Under the pieces are notes generated by a model. That model was given only the letters and a program-made list of their open reading frames with translations. It did not search any database and had not been told where the DNA came from. The translations under genes and the position numbers were made by a program. This document shows positions 13,121-27,515 of a DNA stretch of 64,000 nucleotides, one piece after another; position 1 is the stretch's first letter, and every line of letters starts with the position of its first letter. Source of the stretch: the human T2T-CHM13v2.0 reference genome, Homo sapiens; the NCBI RefSeq assembly GCF_009914755.1, contig NC_060931.1, one strand, 5' to 3'.

Positions 13121-14634
13121 CTGGCTGAAATCTGGAAGCAACAACATCTCGGCTCTGCTGCCGTTTGTCCCAGGGAAAACCTCTTGGTGCTGCACACAAC
13201 ACCAATTTCCATCTTTTCTGAGAAAACAAAAGCACCCTCGCTGGAGCCCTCGGAGGCCAGTGCTTGGTGGCCGTGGGTCCCCTCTGGACCTGTGGCCAAA
13301 CTCCAAACTCGCTGCGCACCTCCTGTGGGCGCTGGCACCAGAAGGAAGTGGCCCCAATCATGGAGCAGTGTGGTGGTGGTGAAGCTGCACGGACTCTGCT
13401 TCTCTACGCAATTCTTTCATTTTTCTTGGAGATTTTACTTACAGTTTTTAAAACAACAAATCCTAGGGCTTGGAAAACTTAGTGAGTGTTTTAACTGATT
13501 GAACTAGGAAAGTACTGTGCACTAGAGATCAATACACTCCAGGTTGGATGCTGTCCTGACACCTTCCTTCAGGTAGGAATGTCAGCCTCTTTCAGGGGTG
13601 ACAAGATGGGATAAGATAAAACATCTAGAGAGAGGAGAAGAATGCATGTGTACATACGCACATGCTCTATGCAGCTGAATGCCTCAGGAATGTCATGAAG
13701 CTGCAAGTCATCCCATCAGCTCTGAACGAAGGTGTGAATGATGCAAAAATCCCAGGGACTCAATGGCTTTTAGCTCCTGCACAAATTAGTTCTTGGAGAG
13801 TGAAAATTGGCAGTGGCAGGAAATTGTAATACAAATCATCAGAAAAAAACTGGTTGACTCTGACATCTGAACACCCCACACACACTACTCCAAACATTGA
13901 TTCCAGAAACCCAGTTTCACAGTGGGGCCACACAGACACCGCAGCCAGAGATGAGGCTGTGGTCAGAGGTGCTGGGCTGGGCCCGGTGCTGCAGCCCACA
14001 CAGAGCGTGGGAATAAAAGCAGGGGCTTCTGGCTGCTTCCAGGGGCCTCTAGGGCCCTGCCTCATTTTCAGCACAGCCACCTTTAGGCACTTGTGAGACC
14101 AGCAACTGCGGACCGTTCTTACGTGTCTGAGAAGGCATTACCAAGAGCAGGGTCAGGAGGGAGCAGGGCAGGGAACAGGCAGCGCAGCCTGGAGCCCTCA
14201 GGCTTTTGACCTGGCTTGGTCTCGTGCTTTGATGGTGCCCACGGCACCCTGAGACCAGTGGCCTGGCCTCTACGGAGGGCAGAGGAGGCATCAGGGCAGC
14301 GTGCTGGGAGCTCCTCCTCAGCTGAGGGGTCCCTGCTGCCAGGCCCTGTGAGCAACAGGCCACGGGGAAAGTGGCCACTGCCATTGGACTCAGCAGACAA
14401 GTGCCAGCTGGATTTTCTCATTGGAAAATTAAGAAAATGCTTCCCTAGCTCGGGAGTCCTGGGGAGTTAGACATGCATTCTACGAGCCCGGCCCTCTCCT
14501 CTCGATGGCAGAGGGGGAATCTGCCATGGGCACCTGAGCCCTGCTGGCAAGTGGACAATCCATGGGCTTCTTGGTGGAAAATTGTTTTAGCCGAATTCAT
14601 TTCCCCCGAGGTCACCCTTTAAAGATGGCACTGA

Positions 14635-15045
<411 letters not shown>

Positions 15046-15671
15046 TAATATGGGGTCATTTGGAACCTCCGGGAAATGCTTGGAGCCATCCTGGGAGGGC
15101 CAAGGGACGCTGCAGGCTGTGGAGGAGGGCGGACTCTGATTCCTGCAGGGGGCGGCAACCGTTCCTCGTGCGGAGAGTTCATGTGCCTGGCGAATCTCTA
15201 TTTTGTGATTCTCTTACTTTTTATGAGATGTTTTGAGAGCAAATAGGATGATGCCATCCAGTTCCCGAGTCCCCTAAAGGGCAGTTTCCTTGACGTGCGA
15301 GGCCTGTGGAGGGGTCTTCGTGTTCTATGAAGTGAAGGGAAGCAGGTGGCCTGGGGCCTCTCAAGGCCAACCCCAGGCTGGAGATGAAGCCAGGGCAGGC
15401 CCACGCGCAATCAGCCCTGGCCTGTGCTCGGGGAACTGAAGGCTGCTCCCTTCTGTTGTCAAATGAAATATCAGACCTCCCTGGGGAGGCAACACAGAGC
15501 AATGGCGGGAACCACAGGGTGAGAATTCATAACAGCCTGGGGCTCATGTTTCCATTAAGAACGGGTGTGCTCTATCAAAACCGTAGTCTGAGAATTTACT
15601 GAGAGGCCAGGAAAATGTGGGAACTCACGTAGAGTCTTCCTTCACCTGGCCCTATAACTGAGTTAATGTCA

Positions 15672-16174
<503 letters not shown>

Positions 16175-16264
16175 CTACTTTCCCGTTTTAGGCTGAAGAA
16201 ACTAAGACTCATAAGGATGGAACGATTCACGTGGCCACGGCCTCGTGGTCCACAGGGGAGCACA

Positions 16265-16380
16265 GGGTTTGACTCCCAGCCCCACTGCTTGCCAGTGGGC
16301 GATCCTGGGTAAACTGTTCAGTGTTCGGAGAATGCAGGATGATAACATACAACTCACAGCACTGTTGTGGTAAATGGCAC
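16265..16380. mobile_element. MIR fragment
   Basis: MIR-core-like gggtttgactcccagc...cctgggtaaa...gatgataacatac. Confidence 0.45.
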
Positions 16381-16869
16381 GCAGCAAGCAATGAGGAGCA
16401 AGGCTGAGATGACGGTGGACACGCACCCAACTGCGCAGGTCAGCCAAGCTGGCAAAGCGTGTTCTTGCTGCCCCGTGGTGGCAGAACATATGGAGCGATT
16501 TTTCATAGATGCCAACAGAAGAGACACATCCCACAATTTCTTGTTGATTATTACTATGGCAAAGAGCCTTGGGAGATGGCCCAGCTAAGCATGCTAGAGG
16601 ACGCGGCGGTATAGTCATTAATCATGATCTAGAACCTCCCGTGCCCACCCCACTGCATCTGAGGAAAGCGTGTGGAAGACTCCTCTGCCCGGAACATCGT
16701 CTTGCTACACAGATCCCTGAGGACGGCATTCCCCCAGGCCTCCTGGCTTGCTGTCCACACTCAGGAAGCTGCTCTGCAGGGCCAAGAATCTGCCTCCCAC
16801 CAGCACATGGGCTCCACGGTGCTGCTGTTTGGAGGATGCGTGAGGCCATCTGTGAAGCCACTGCTGAGT

Positions 16870-16946
16870 CCAGGGGCCTCACGGAACTTGGCAATGGGGT
16901 TCCCTCCTCCCAGGGGCCTCACGGAACTCGGCAATGGGGTTCCTTC
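16870..16946. repeat. ~40-bp direct duplication (CCAGGGGCCTCACGGAACTYGGCAATGGGGTTCC)
   Basis: Two adjacent copies. Confidence 0.85.
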
Positions 16947-18159
16947 CACTCAGGGGTCTCAGGTGTTCTCTCGGGCTCTCCAACTGCCTCTGCTTTCTGT
17001 GAAGGTTTAGGCTCAGTCATTTATGCTGGCAGGAGGCCCTCTTCTTCATGTTGATGGTGTGGCCTGTGGAGAGGTGGAGCCGGTGTCTTGCTCCTAGAGG
17101 GAGTCCTGACTCCAGCAGAGAACATGTTCCGGGATGTGCTCCACAGTTGGCACCAGCACCCACAAGCTCCTGCTCCGAGTTTATGGTGTCCATCGAGGTC
17201 TGAGGGCTGCAAAGGCACATCCCGGGGCTGCTGGCCGTCAGCAAGGGCCGTCAGTGCTGCTTAGGGATCCCAGCGGCTCACACACAGAAAGGCCTTTGAA
17301 CTTGTCATAGTTGAGGCAAAGGAATAAATGATCGGACCACGTTTGTTTCAATACTCTGAGAAGCTACATGGGCTTGATTCTTTGCAGACCTGGGCACTTG
17401 AAGACCAGCAACAGCGTGATGACAGAACGCATTCTGAAGGGGCAGGTCCTCTTCCTCCCACACGCTCCTGTCCTTAGTCAGCAGGCAGACATTCTGCTTC
17501 CAACTATGCCTTTGGGAAATGCTCAGCTCAAGCTATAAAGCTCATCGAACATTTAGGAAAGTCAGCTGAGTGTCATTCAGGGCCTCCGCAGCTCAGCATA
17601 CAATGCTGCATCTGGGCAGACTGGGACAGGCTGGGGCTCATATCCAGAAAGCCCTGCTACATCCAGAGATGGTCATGAAAATGAGACCTGCCCCACCCAC
17701 CACTCAGGAGGCACGCTGCCCACCGCTGAGCTGAATAACCGAGCGCGAGGCTGGTGTCCGGCTTCCACACTGGACGCGTCAAAAGCAGGTCCCAGAGGAG
17801 CAACAGTGGCCCCAAATGGCATGGTCACAAGGCTGGTTTAGTGTCTCATGTCTTAAATGGTTTCACTGGCATCCCCCACAGACAGATCTCTCAGAAAGTC
17901 GCCCCCCAATGGGATCGGAAGCATGTTGGGCAGGTGACCTGGGGCAGGTGGACTAGAAGGAGCCTCAAGCCCTGGGGGATTCCCATACCTGAAGCGATTT
18001 TAACCCACACTAGTCTCATCTCAGGCATCTGTGTAGAAGGAACTCCCCAGGCAGGGCTATGCGGGGGCAGAATGCAGGGGGAACAGACGCCAAAGGTGTG
18101 TGGGGGTTGCCGTGGCCAGGCAGCGCCCGCCCAGTCACTGAGCTGACTTGGAGGCACCA

Positions 18160-18690
18160 GGTCCCAGGGTTGAGCTGCGTACCCTCCCCCAAAAAGACAC
18201 ACTGGAGTCCCAGCCCTGGGAACATGACCTTATTTGGAAATAGGGTCTTTACAGAGGTAAGCGAGCGGAGGGCATTTGGGCGGCCCTAATGCAATATGAC
18301 TGGCGTGCTGTTAGGAAGAAGGACTCTGCACACCCACACGGGAGGGAGAGCGCCCGTGTGAAGACGAAGACAGCCGCGGTCATGCTGGGGACACGCGGAG
18401 GGAGCGCGCCCGTGTGAAGACGAAGACAGCCGCAGTCATGCTGGGGACACGCGGAGGGAGAGCGCCCGTGTGAAGACGAAGACAGCCGCAGTCATGCTGG
18501 GGACACGCGGAGGGAGAGCGCCCGTGTGAAGACGAAGACAGCCGCAGTCATGCTGGGGACACGCGGAGGGAGAGCGCCCGTGTGAAGACGAAGACAGCCG
18601 TGGTCGTGCTGAGGAGCGAGGCCTCCAGAGAAGCCAGCCCTGCTGACACCCTGACCTCCATTTCTGGCCTCCGGAATGGGAGACAGCCTG
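18160..18690 (+). mobile_element. MaLR LTR (MLT1-type) interrupted by an internal VNTR
   Basis: ATGACCTTATTTGGAAATAGGGTCTTTACAGAGG and CCAGCCCTGCTGACACCCTGA...CTGGCCTCC are MLT1 hallmarks. Confidence 0.7.
18341..18610. repeat. 56-bp CpG-rich minisatellite, ~4.8 copies
   Basis: GGAGGGAGAGCGCCCGTGTGAAGACGAAGACAGCCGCAGTCATGCTGGGGACACGC units. Confidence 0.93.
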
Positions 18691-19299
18691 CTTTGGCCAC
18701 ATACACTGCCCATCCCTGGCGCTCTGTCCCTGCAGCCCTCCAGGCCCAGAGCACCTGGAGCGACCTGGGTTTGGCTTCCCATGCCCTGAGCAGCACCTGG
18801 TGCCTGCACGGAGAAAGCGCCGCCTGGAGCCAGCCTGCAGTTGTGGAGTGTGGGCAACCCAGAGACCAGCTCCAGACACACAGCGAGGCGTGGCTGTGTG
18901 CGCTGGTGGCGACTTTCTCGCAGGAACTAGAACAGTTTGCTGTAACAGGAGCACAGATATCAGACAGGCAGGGCCACGCTGTCTGCACGGCTCCACCGAG
19001 AGGCCGTCCATCGACACTGATGACGAATCTCGTCTGTGCGAGCAGCGCAGATGAGTGTGGCGGCGGCAAGACAGAGACACAAACGGCTGGGGGGCGCCTC
19101 CAAGGAGCTGAAACTAGGAGCAGGGGGCAGCTCACACGCCTTATCACCAGGACACAGGGTATCACCAGAAGAACAGCTCTGGCTTGTGGCTGTGCTGCCT
19201 GAGATTAACGCCCGTTTTGTGGATCGGGGGCAGAAGCTGCACCTGTGACCGACGGTCTTGGGGCTGCCAGGGGAGCCGCAGAAGGCAGTGACCTCTGAC

Positions 19300-20620
19300 C
19301 CCACAGCACGGGGCGCAGGGCAGACTGTGCCAAGCAGGCGCGTCTGGAAAAGTAAGGGAGGAAATTCGGCGGGAACCTACACATTAGCTCCCTAGAGGCG
19401 TAACTGATGGGCAGGTGTGGAAAACGCCCAAACAGCTCGCGGGAGCAACTCACTTCCGCCGCACGGGAGGGGTCGCGGTCAAAGGGCATCCACAGAGGCG
19501 CTGGGGTGAAGCGGGGAAGCGGGTGGGAGCAGCTCCGGCGGCACACCCCGGCCAGGGCAGGGCCCCCCACACCCCACGGCAGCCGAAGGCCCCGCCTCCC
19601 CGCCCGGGTCTGCGGCTCCGTGAAGACACAGCAGCTCCGGAGGGTTGATCTCACTGACAGGGAGAGTCCCTGAGGAGGGGCCGGGGTGCTTCCGGCCTGG
19701 GTGGCCGGAGGAGGAGGCAGGGAGAGCCCTGCGGCTGAACAGGGCAGCGCCCCCCGCATCCGGAGGGACAGGCCCGGCCCCGTCTCCAGTCCCGCCTCCC
19801 GCCTCAGCCGCAGAACCTCGGTGGTTCCTTCAGCTCCTGAAGCGGTCCGCAAACAGGTCGAGGGCGCTGACGAGGCCGTTTTCTGGGCTAAGCAGCGACG
19901 GCGCTAGGCGACTCCGCTTGTCCTTCGTTTCCGCTGTCAGCTCAGCAGGTGACTTATTCCCAGTGCTGCTCTTCTCACAGACACAAAACCAACAGTTCCG
20001 GTCTCTTCCGATAGTTCTGGCAGAGACGGCTGCGGGGAGACACGGGCGGAGGCGGGTCCGGGCGGGCCCCACGTCGCGCAGCCTCAGCGTGTTGCGCCTC
20101 CCGCGGCTGCGGCCAGAGACTTCCGCAAACCTCGGGGCCTCAATCGACAGAACGTGTCACCTCAGGCCCAGGAGAGCAGGGTCCGGGGCGCGTCCTGAGA
20201 AGCCGGCAGGGCGGGCTCCTCGCTGAGCCGCAGGGCGAGCCCGGCTTGGGCCTCTTCCCGCGGGAGGAGGCCGCCGCGTTCCTTCCCCGGTTCTCCAGCC
20301 GACCCCGCCGCCTCCGTCTCCCACACGCAGGGACCCTCTCCCGACACCGGCCTGCCTGGAACGTGCCAGAATCGTCTCCCTAACCCGGCGGCCGTGGATG
20401 AGCAAACCTGCACCCGCGGCAGCCTGAACTGCCGTTTGTCGCGTAGTCCTCGAGTCTCGGAGCGCAGGGGTCCCGAGGGCACCCCGGGCCGCCGTCCTGC
20501 GGCCCCCCCACAGTGTGCCGGGACTCGGGGTCTCTCACCACGAGCAGACCTCGGCGCTGCTATCCGGACTCCTCGAGCCCCTTACAGGCCACATGGCCAG
20601 GGGCGACCCTCCCGTCACAA
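19300..20620. promoter_or_regulatory. Intronic CpG island
   Basis: Very high GC and CpG density over ~1.3 kb with GC boxes (GGGCGG/CCCGCC); not a tandem repeat. Confidence 0.85.
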
Positions 20621-20728
20621 CTGTGACTCTGTGAGCTCACAGGGCTGGCCTCCACATTCTTGCTGGTGGAAGACCACAAGCAACGGGATGCCTTGGAAAG
20701 CATCGTTCTGCAGCAGGACTGCTCAACC

Positions 20729-20738
20729 GGCCAATCAG
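20729..20738 (+). promoter_or_regulatory. NF-Y-type CCAAT box (GGCCAATCAG) at the CpG-island edge
   Basis: Matches the RRCCAATCAG consensus; function is inferred. Confidence 0.4.
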
Positions 20739-21270
20739 AACACAGGGAACCATGAAAGAGGTGGGAGGAGGAAAAAGGAGGACGGAGAGGAGGGGGAAGA
20801 CAGGGGAGGAAGGGGGAGGACAGGGGAGGGCCAGGGTGGAGCTCAGGGCCAAGGCAGGGTTTGAAGTCTGTGGCCCGTGGCAAGGTCGCAGAGCAGGCTG
20901 GTCATGTTCCTACAGCATCGTGGAGACCTGTACACTCCGGGTTCTTGGGAAACGGGGGTTCTGGAAGGGGGCAGGTGAGCTTCTCGTGGGCTTGCAGAGT
21001 TCCCTACAGACTTCCACATGGAGAGTCTGTGATTGTTTGGAATGGGAAAGTGGTCACTAAAAGAACAGCTTTATTAGGTACCATTCATATCAGGAAAAAA
21101 AGTCAGGGACAGCTGTTTCAAAATTAAAAAGACGAAAGAGACACAAAACCCAAAATGCAATGATGAATCTTGACTGCATCCTGGTGGAAAAAACAAAACA
21201 GACAACAGATAACAGACCGTGTTGTAGAGAAAGCGGCGGGAGTCCCTGGGAGTGTGTGATAGCAATGGCG

Positions 21271-21570
21271 CTGTGGGCTGAGCTGTGCCCTGATGCCCCT
21301 GTGTGACGACCCCAACCCCCAGGACTGCGGAGTGTGGCCATGTTTGGAGACAGGGCCTCTAGAGAGGCCAGTAAGTGAAGGTGAGGTCCTGAGGGGGGGC
21401 CTAGTGCAGTGGGTCTGCTGTCCTTAAACAAAGGGGACCCTTAGTTACAGACAGCACCTGCAAGCCCCAGGGAGGGCCTCGGACACGGCCAGCCCTGCCA
21501 CATCCTGGACCGCAGCCTCCGGCCTCCAGGACTATGGGGAAATGCAATTCTGTGGTTTCACCTGCTCATC
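21271..21570 (+). mobile_element. MaLR LTR (MLT1-type), apparently inserted within an old L1 3' remnant (~21120-21890)
   Basis: TGTGGGCTGAGCTGTGCCC...TTTGGAGACAGGGCCT...GGCCTCCAGGACTATG...TTCTGTGGTTT; flanks resemble an L1M 3' UTR ending in AATAAAA. Confidence 0.6.
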
Positions 21571-23819
21571 TGCTGTCTCCAAAGCCTGGGCAGATGGGCA
21601 CAGCTGGGTGTTAGAGGGCACTGAGGGATTGTTGTTAATTTTCTTAGTTATAACGGGGCTGCAGCTACCTAGGAGAAGGCCCTTGTATTTAGGACCTGCA
21701 GGCAGGCTAAAGTATTTGGACGTCATGACGCCTGATACTTACTTGAAGTCGTCCAGCCAGAAAATAAATGAAGTGCTCGCAGGTCACGCTAATACGGCCA
21801 ACACTGGGCGGCTGGCCAGCGTGGGTGGTGGGTGTGCAGGCGATGCCACGCTACCCCTTCCACTTGAGTGTTTAAAACTCTTGTAATAAAAAGTGGGGGA
21901 GGAAGTCATGCTAAGCCAGCCACACTTCTGCTCCAGAGAGGGCCCTGCAAGAGCGGTGTGCGTGGGTTGCGGCTGGGTCTGCGCTGGGGTAGTGTAGGCT
22001 GCACTCTCCGGGGAGCCGCTGACCTTGGGCTCCCTAACCTCCTTCAGCCCCAGCTCTGTCCCTGTGTGAATCTCAGGGCTGTTTCGAGGATGAAAAGGAG
22101 GTGTTTAGCCCCGAGCCTCACGTGGAAACATCTGATGAGCCTTTGCCAATATGCTCGGGACCTGGGGACGGCTGGGGTGACCCCATCGCAAGGCCGGGCC
22201 GTGGAAACAATCTCAGCCCTGGAACCAGCGCCTGGGAAGTCCCGCGGTGGATCCGCGTCACGGGGGAGGATTGGCTCAGCACTGGTCCTGCGGAATGTGT
22301 TTTTATCAATGACTTGACGACGTGAAAAACATGTTTATAAAACGAGCAGATGGTGCCGAGCTGAGAGGGAGGTGACGCAGTGACTCAGGAACCACAAGCT
22401 CTGGAGGCTGAACGAGAATCGGTTACAGGAGATGAACACAAGGCTCGATTCTCCTGTTAAACTTGACTGTCACCAACGGGGGGTGGGGGGTGCGCGAGGC
22501 CCTGGGCTCCACCGAAGACCTTAAGGAAAAGACTCTGGATGTTAGTGGGTTCGGCCTCAGAATCAGCCGGCGCTGAGATGTGCACCTGGCAGGATGAACG
22601 TAACTTCTGGTGGATAAAGTGGGAGGCCTGATCCAGGAAGAAGCACACCGTGGCCTGGGGCCCCTCTGGAGGGTAGGTCTTCCAAGTCACGGGAAACAGG
22701 GCGCCCAGGAGACGGTGAGCCCGGCTGCTGCCACCCCGAAGGCCAGGCTCGCCCCACACTGTGAGACCCTCCCCACACGAAGATTCTGTAAGCGGAATCG
22801 GAAGGAGGATGTGAGAAGGACGGGTAGCCATGCCACACCAGGCCAGACATCTTACCAACCTATCGGTTCAGTTTTAAGAAAGAGAGCAAAGAGGATCTAA
22901 AATCTGAACTTTGAGCAGCTGAACTGTGTGGAGTATCAACGTGGCTCCTGACAACCCCACCGGCACTGTTTCTTTGCACTGGAGGTCCTGAAGAGCTCAC
23001 GGAAGGTGCACTTGCAGTTGTAGTTCAGAGATGATGCTTTTAGACAATCTTTCCCTTCGAGAAGTAGCCTAATGAGAAGGACTCTGTAGATCTCTTCCTA
23101 AAAAAGAATCCTCAGTCTCTGGCAGAACAGCTGCCCAGAACAGCTTCTGCCTGTGAGGTAGCAAAGAAAAAGGCCCACACAGAATTTGCTGGGATATTTT
23201 CTTTCCAACACCAACAAACCGACAGCCTTCCCAAATCCTAGGGCAGAGTCGGCTGGCACTGAGATCAAAAGGGGTGAAGGGAAGGCAGCCAGGCTGGGAG
23301 TCTCTCTCCAGCAACTTTCTTGGCGAGGTGACATATATGCCCAGAACCTTTTTCTATGGAAGGAAAAAGAAAACCCTGGCTTAATCATCAGAGTTAGGAG
23401 AATCACCCACGTATTCATCTTTAAAAGCAAATCATGATAACTTTTGGTCACTCAGAAGTAACCAAGGCAAAATATTCCTCTTAGGGGACTCTGTTTAGAG
23501 TTTTGGGAGAGAAAAAAAAAAAAACTAAACCAAAGGTTTATTTAGAAATAAATTGTTTTCTGAGTATTCTAAGGAAAGCTATGCTTAGCCAAAGTGCTTC
23601 AGCCCTTGTACATGTTTCAAATACTTCTGTAGAAGTTTGAAATGGACATGGATTTTCCCAACACACACGCACAATCTCAGGTGAGCCCAAGACAGCCTAT
23701 GAGGATGGCACTGGGGAGTCTGGATTTCAGCTCTGACGGGCGGGCTCTAAACCCCAAAGTTCTTGTCGGCCAAGTGGGGGGGTTTCTTGTGAGGACCAGA
23801 GGTGGCACATCCACGGGCA

Positions 23820-24260
23820 TGGGGGACGCTGGCTCACGATGCCCCAGTGATGCCGTGGTTAGGACACTGCTCACGCAGCTGCAGCGCAGAGCACGGGGGA
23901 CGCTGGCTCACGATGCCCCAGTGATGCCGTGGTTAGGACGCCGTTCACGCAGCTGCAGCGCAGAGCACGGGGGACGCTGGCTCACGATGCCCCAGTGATG
24001 CCGTGGTTAGGACGCCGTTCACGCAGCTGCAGCGCAGAGCACGGGCGACGCTGGCTCACGATGCCCCAGTGATGCCGTGGTTAGGACGCCGTTCACGCAG
24101 CTGCAGCGCAGAGCACGGGCGACGCTGGCTCACGATGCCCCAGTGATGCTGTGGTTAGGACGCTGTTCACGCAGCTGCAGCGCAGAGCACGGGGGATGCT
24201 GGCTCACGATGCCCCAGTGATGCCATGGTTAGGATGCTGCTCAAGCAGCTGCAGCGCAGG
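23820..24260. repeat. 74-bp CpG-rich minisatellite, 6 copies
   Basis: GGGGGACGCTGGCTCACGATG... at 23821, 23895, 23969 and onward. Confidence 0.95.
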
Positions 24261-27149
24261 GCCAGTGTGGTGACCCTGACTCCTGGGAACGGTGATCAGC
24301 TGGGCCTCTGCCTCACTGGACCACGCTGCAAGGCAAGGGCCTGGGAGATGCCCACAGCCGCGCCTCTGGCTGTGAGGCAGCTGTGGTCCTCCAGCAGCAA
24401 TGCCCTCAGAAGCTGGGAGATGTGAACCCCACATGACTCTCCTCCTTGCTGTCTTCCTGTCCCTGAGCCTTCAGCTCTTCGTTGTCTCTGTCTTGTCTCT
24501 CTGCATTGTTTGTCCTGGTTCTCTCTCTCTCTCTCGTTATTACAACATAGAGCCAAAAATACTTTTTTGTTTAGGATATGGCACCAAAATAGTATCATAT
24601 CCCTGTTCTTCATCTGAAATGCAGACAAGCGAAATGCTGCATAATTCTTTTTTAAACATTCAAAAAACAGAAAATGCATGTTAAGTTCTTTAAACTTCTG
24701 AGATAATACAACTAGACCTAGCATGGTGCCAGCCAAGCATTGCATAATGTGTGTTTCCTTCTCCTTTGGGGGCTCATTCCGATCAGGGTGCATCTGGGAA
24801 GTCGGGCGACTGTGTCCATCTCCTGGGTGGAAGAATGACCCAGGGAAGTGCTCCATGGGGAAGGCGGGGCATGAGAGAAGGGAGGGGTGGTCCCGAGGAC
24901 CCTTTCCATAGACCTGGGAGTTCCCGGTGAGCACGCGGAAAGGACGCGGTGGGAGCGGCAGGTGCAGAGGGAGGACTTGAAGGTTCCATCCCTAACAGAG
25001 GACAGCGTGGCCGAGTACTCATGCTTCCAACCCTGCACAGAGGATAGTGCATGCCCAGCATGCAGACTCGCTTCCATCGCGACACAGAGGACAGCATGGA
25101 GCCCAGCTCGAGTGCCGTCCCCCCACCATGACAGCGCAGCATGGGCCTTCCAAGCCACAGAGCCACAGGGAAGCCAGTCCTCCTGGACCGTGTGTGGCTG
25201 TTTTGGAGCCAGTTGTGTCCTGTGAAGAGCGCAGCGGCCGCAGGTGAGGCAGGAGTGAAGATGGAGGAGGCGGCCATCTCTCTGGGGCCTGGCAACAGCG
25301 AGAGCTTTTGCCAAGCCACTGTCTCCCGGAGGACAAGATCTCCTTCCCAAAAGCAAGATGGCCAAGAGTATGGAGAAGAAAGTAGGTAATACAAGTTTGC
25401 TCAGAATAAACCTATGTGTTCATGAAAATATTTCTATCTAGGGTTCTCCCAGGAGGTGAACTTGCCGTTCTCTGTCTTCCCTGGTGGCCTCTCAACCCTG
25501 AAGGGCAGTGCTGTGTCTTCACACCCTGGCACATGGGTCGGGAGAACCCTGGGAGGAGGTGCAGGCAGCTTCTTTCTGGCTCCAGTGCGAGTCTCGGGAG
25601 GGAGGTGCTTTCCCCCTCACCCGTCACCTGGCTCAGAATGGGCAGGGCTGTCCTGATCCCCATGAGAACATCAGGCGCCCATCCACATGTGGCCACCCTG
25701 TTGGCACCGGCTGCTACCTGGGGAGGCTGCCTGTGTCCCATCTGAGCACGGACCACTTCACCATCACTAGGTCCCTCGCCCCCAACCCCCCCATCCACAC
25801 TGTACAGACAGAGCCCAGAAGGCTGCAGGGCACACGGGAGGAAAACCCCATCGGCAGGTCGTTTCTGCCACGCTCCGGGCTGTCTTTGGGGAGGGCGTGC
25901 TGTCAGATGAATATTTACCATGAAACACCTCACAATCTAAGTAAATGACCAGACACACAGAGACATATAATGCACGCTTACTGCATGGCTATTTACCACG
26001 AACCATTCTCCACTCAGGACTCAGCAGGATACCCGCTCACCACCACCCTCACTTGTCCTACCACACCGGCTTCACTCCCCGCCCTCTCCTCCCCCAGGCT
26101 GCTCCTCTCTGAGGACAGTGGCCAGGCCCCCAGAGCCTGTTAGTAGCCCCCGACACAGGGCCGGTGCTTAGTAAATATCTGTTAGTTGGCTAATGGGATG
26201 TATTGTATTTTGCTTTTCTTCTAAATATAAAATTTATAAATCACACAGCTTCTGTTTTTAGATCTCTTTAGGGTTAAAACCCTCAGACCTCATAGAAACT
26301 GGTCTGAACACTAAATGGGTAGCAAGAAGCGTGCACCCAGCTGGGTGAATGGGATTTTACACAGGTCTGCAGTGCCCCAGGTTAGTTTCTGAAGCAAAAC
26401 AAGATTCCAGCTTCTCACTGTTCTGACCTGTAACACTTCCTGAGGGCTGGAAGGAGGGCAAGGGCAGTGCCTCTCCCTGGCGTGGGGGGCTGTGCTGCTG
26501 GTACGGGGACAGGCGGTGTCTCAGGGACACCAGTCTGATCCCTTGACCGGCTCCGAAGGGTTGAGGCAGGGACACAGTGACGGAGAGACGGCCTCGGCCA
26601 CAGGGGACACTGGTCCCGCCTGATGCTGAGCTGAAAGTGAGTGTGGCCGAGTGGTGCTCTCGAAGTGTGAGCTGACGAAGCTCCCTCTGTTGCATCAGAG
26701 ACATGCGCAAGGGCCTTGTCTTAGGGTCCTCAGGAGAGTAACTAAGAAACTCTACCCACACTGTCATTTATCATTCATCACTCAACGTTGTGAGTATCTA
26801 CTTCCCCCTGAAACTCTGGTCAGGAACATATCTAGGACCCCCTTCCTCCTGGCGGGTGGGTTTATAACCAATCAAAGTGTGGAACCTTCATTGGAACCTG
26901 CTATACACATAGAGGATGAGTGAGGTGGACGCCAGCGCCGGGCAGTCCTTGCCCTCCTCATCTTGTAAGCAGCTTAGTGCCTCCCGTGCTGTGGGAACAC
27001 GAGGCGGTGTCTCTTCCAGTCCACGAGAGTCACTCGGAGAACTGCTGGCTTATATTTCCATTTTCTGGCAGTGATCCCTAGCTAGGTAGTAGGTGCTCAG
27101 TTTGTGGAAATAATTGTAAAGTTAAAGATGCTGTAAAAGCAACCACTGT

Positions 27150-27330
27150 TGATTGTGTGCCTGCGACGTACCGGTGCTATGCTAATGACCTCGTCTAACC
27201 CTTACAGCAGTAATACTTCAAGGACGACAGCGTGACCCCAATTACAGATGTGACGTGGAGGCTCCAAGAGGTTCAGGAACATGTCTCAAGTCACTCGGTG
27301 ACAGAGAACAATAGAGCTGATGCTCACTGG
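27150..27330. mobile_element. MIR fragment
   Basis: ccccaattacagatg...ggaggctccaagaggttcaggaacatgtctcaagtcac. Confidence 0.45.
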
Positions 27331-27515
27331 GGTGCAGATGTCCCCAGGCCCGTGCTGGAGGAAAGGAAGACACTGGTTCCTTGTTGGTTGGGCTGGGGAT
27401 GGCATCGCAGAGGGGAGATTCCCAGGAGGGCCTTCCCAGAGGGGGCAAGTCTGCTGCAGGCGGGGGGTGCCGGGAAGGAGAAGCGGAGGGCTTTGCAGAC
27501 CCTCAGGATGGGGCT

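Noticed and set aside
18436-20864. 150-215-aa ORFs around the CpG island (and 24296-25394)
   Set aside because: They overlap in multiple frames, are GC-driven, and show no recognisable domain.
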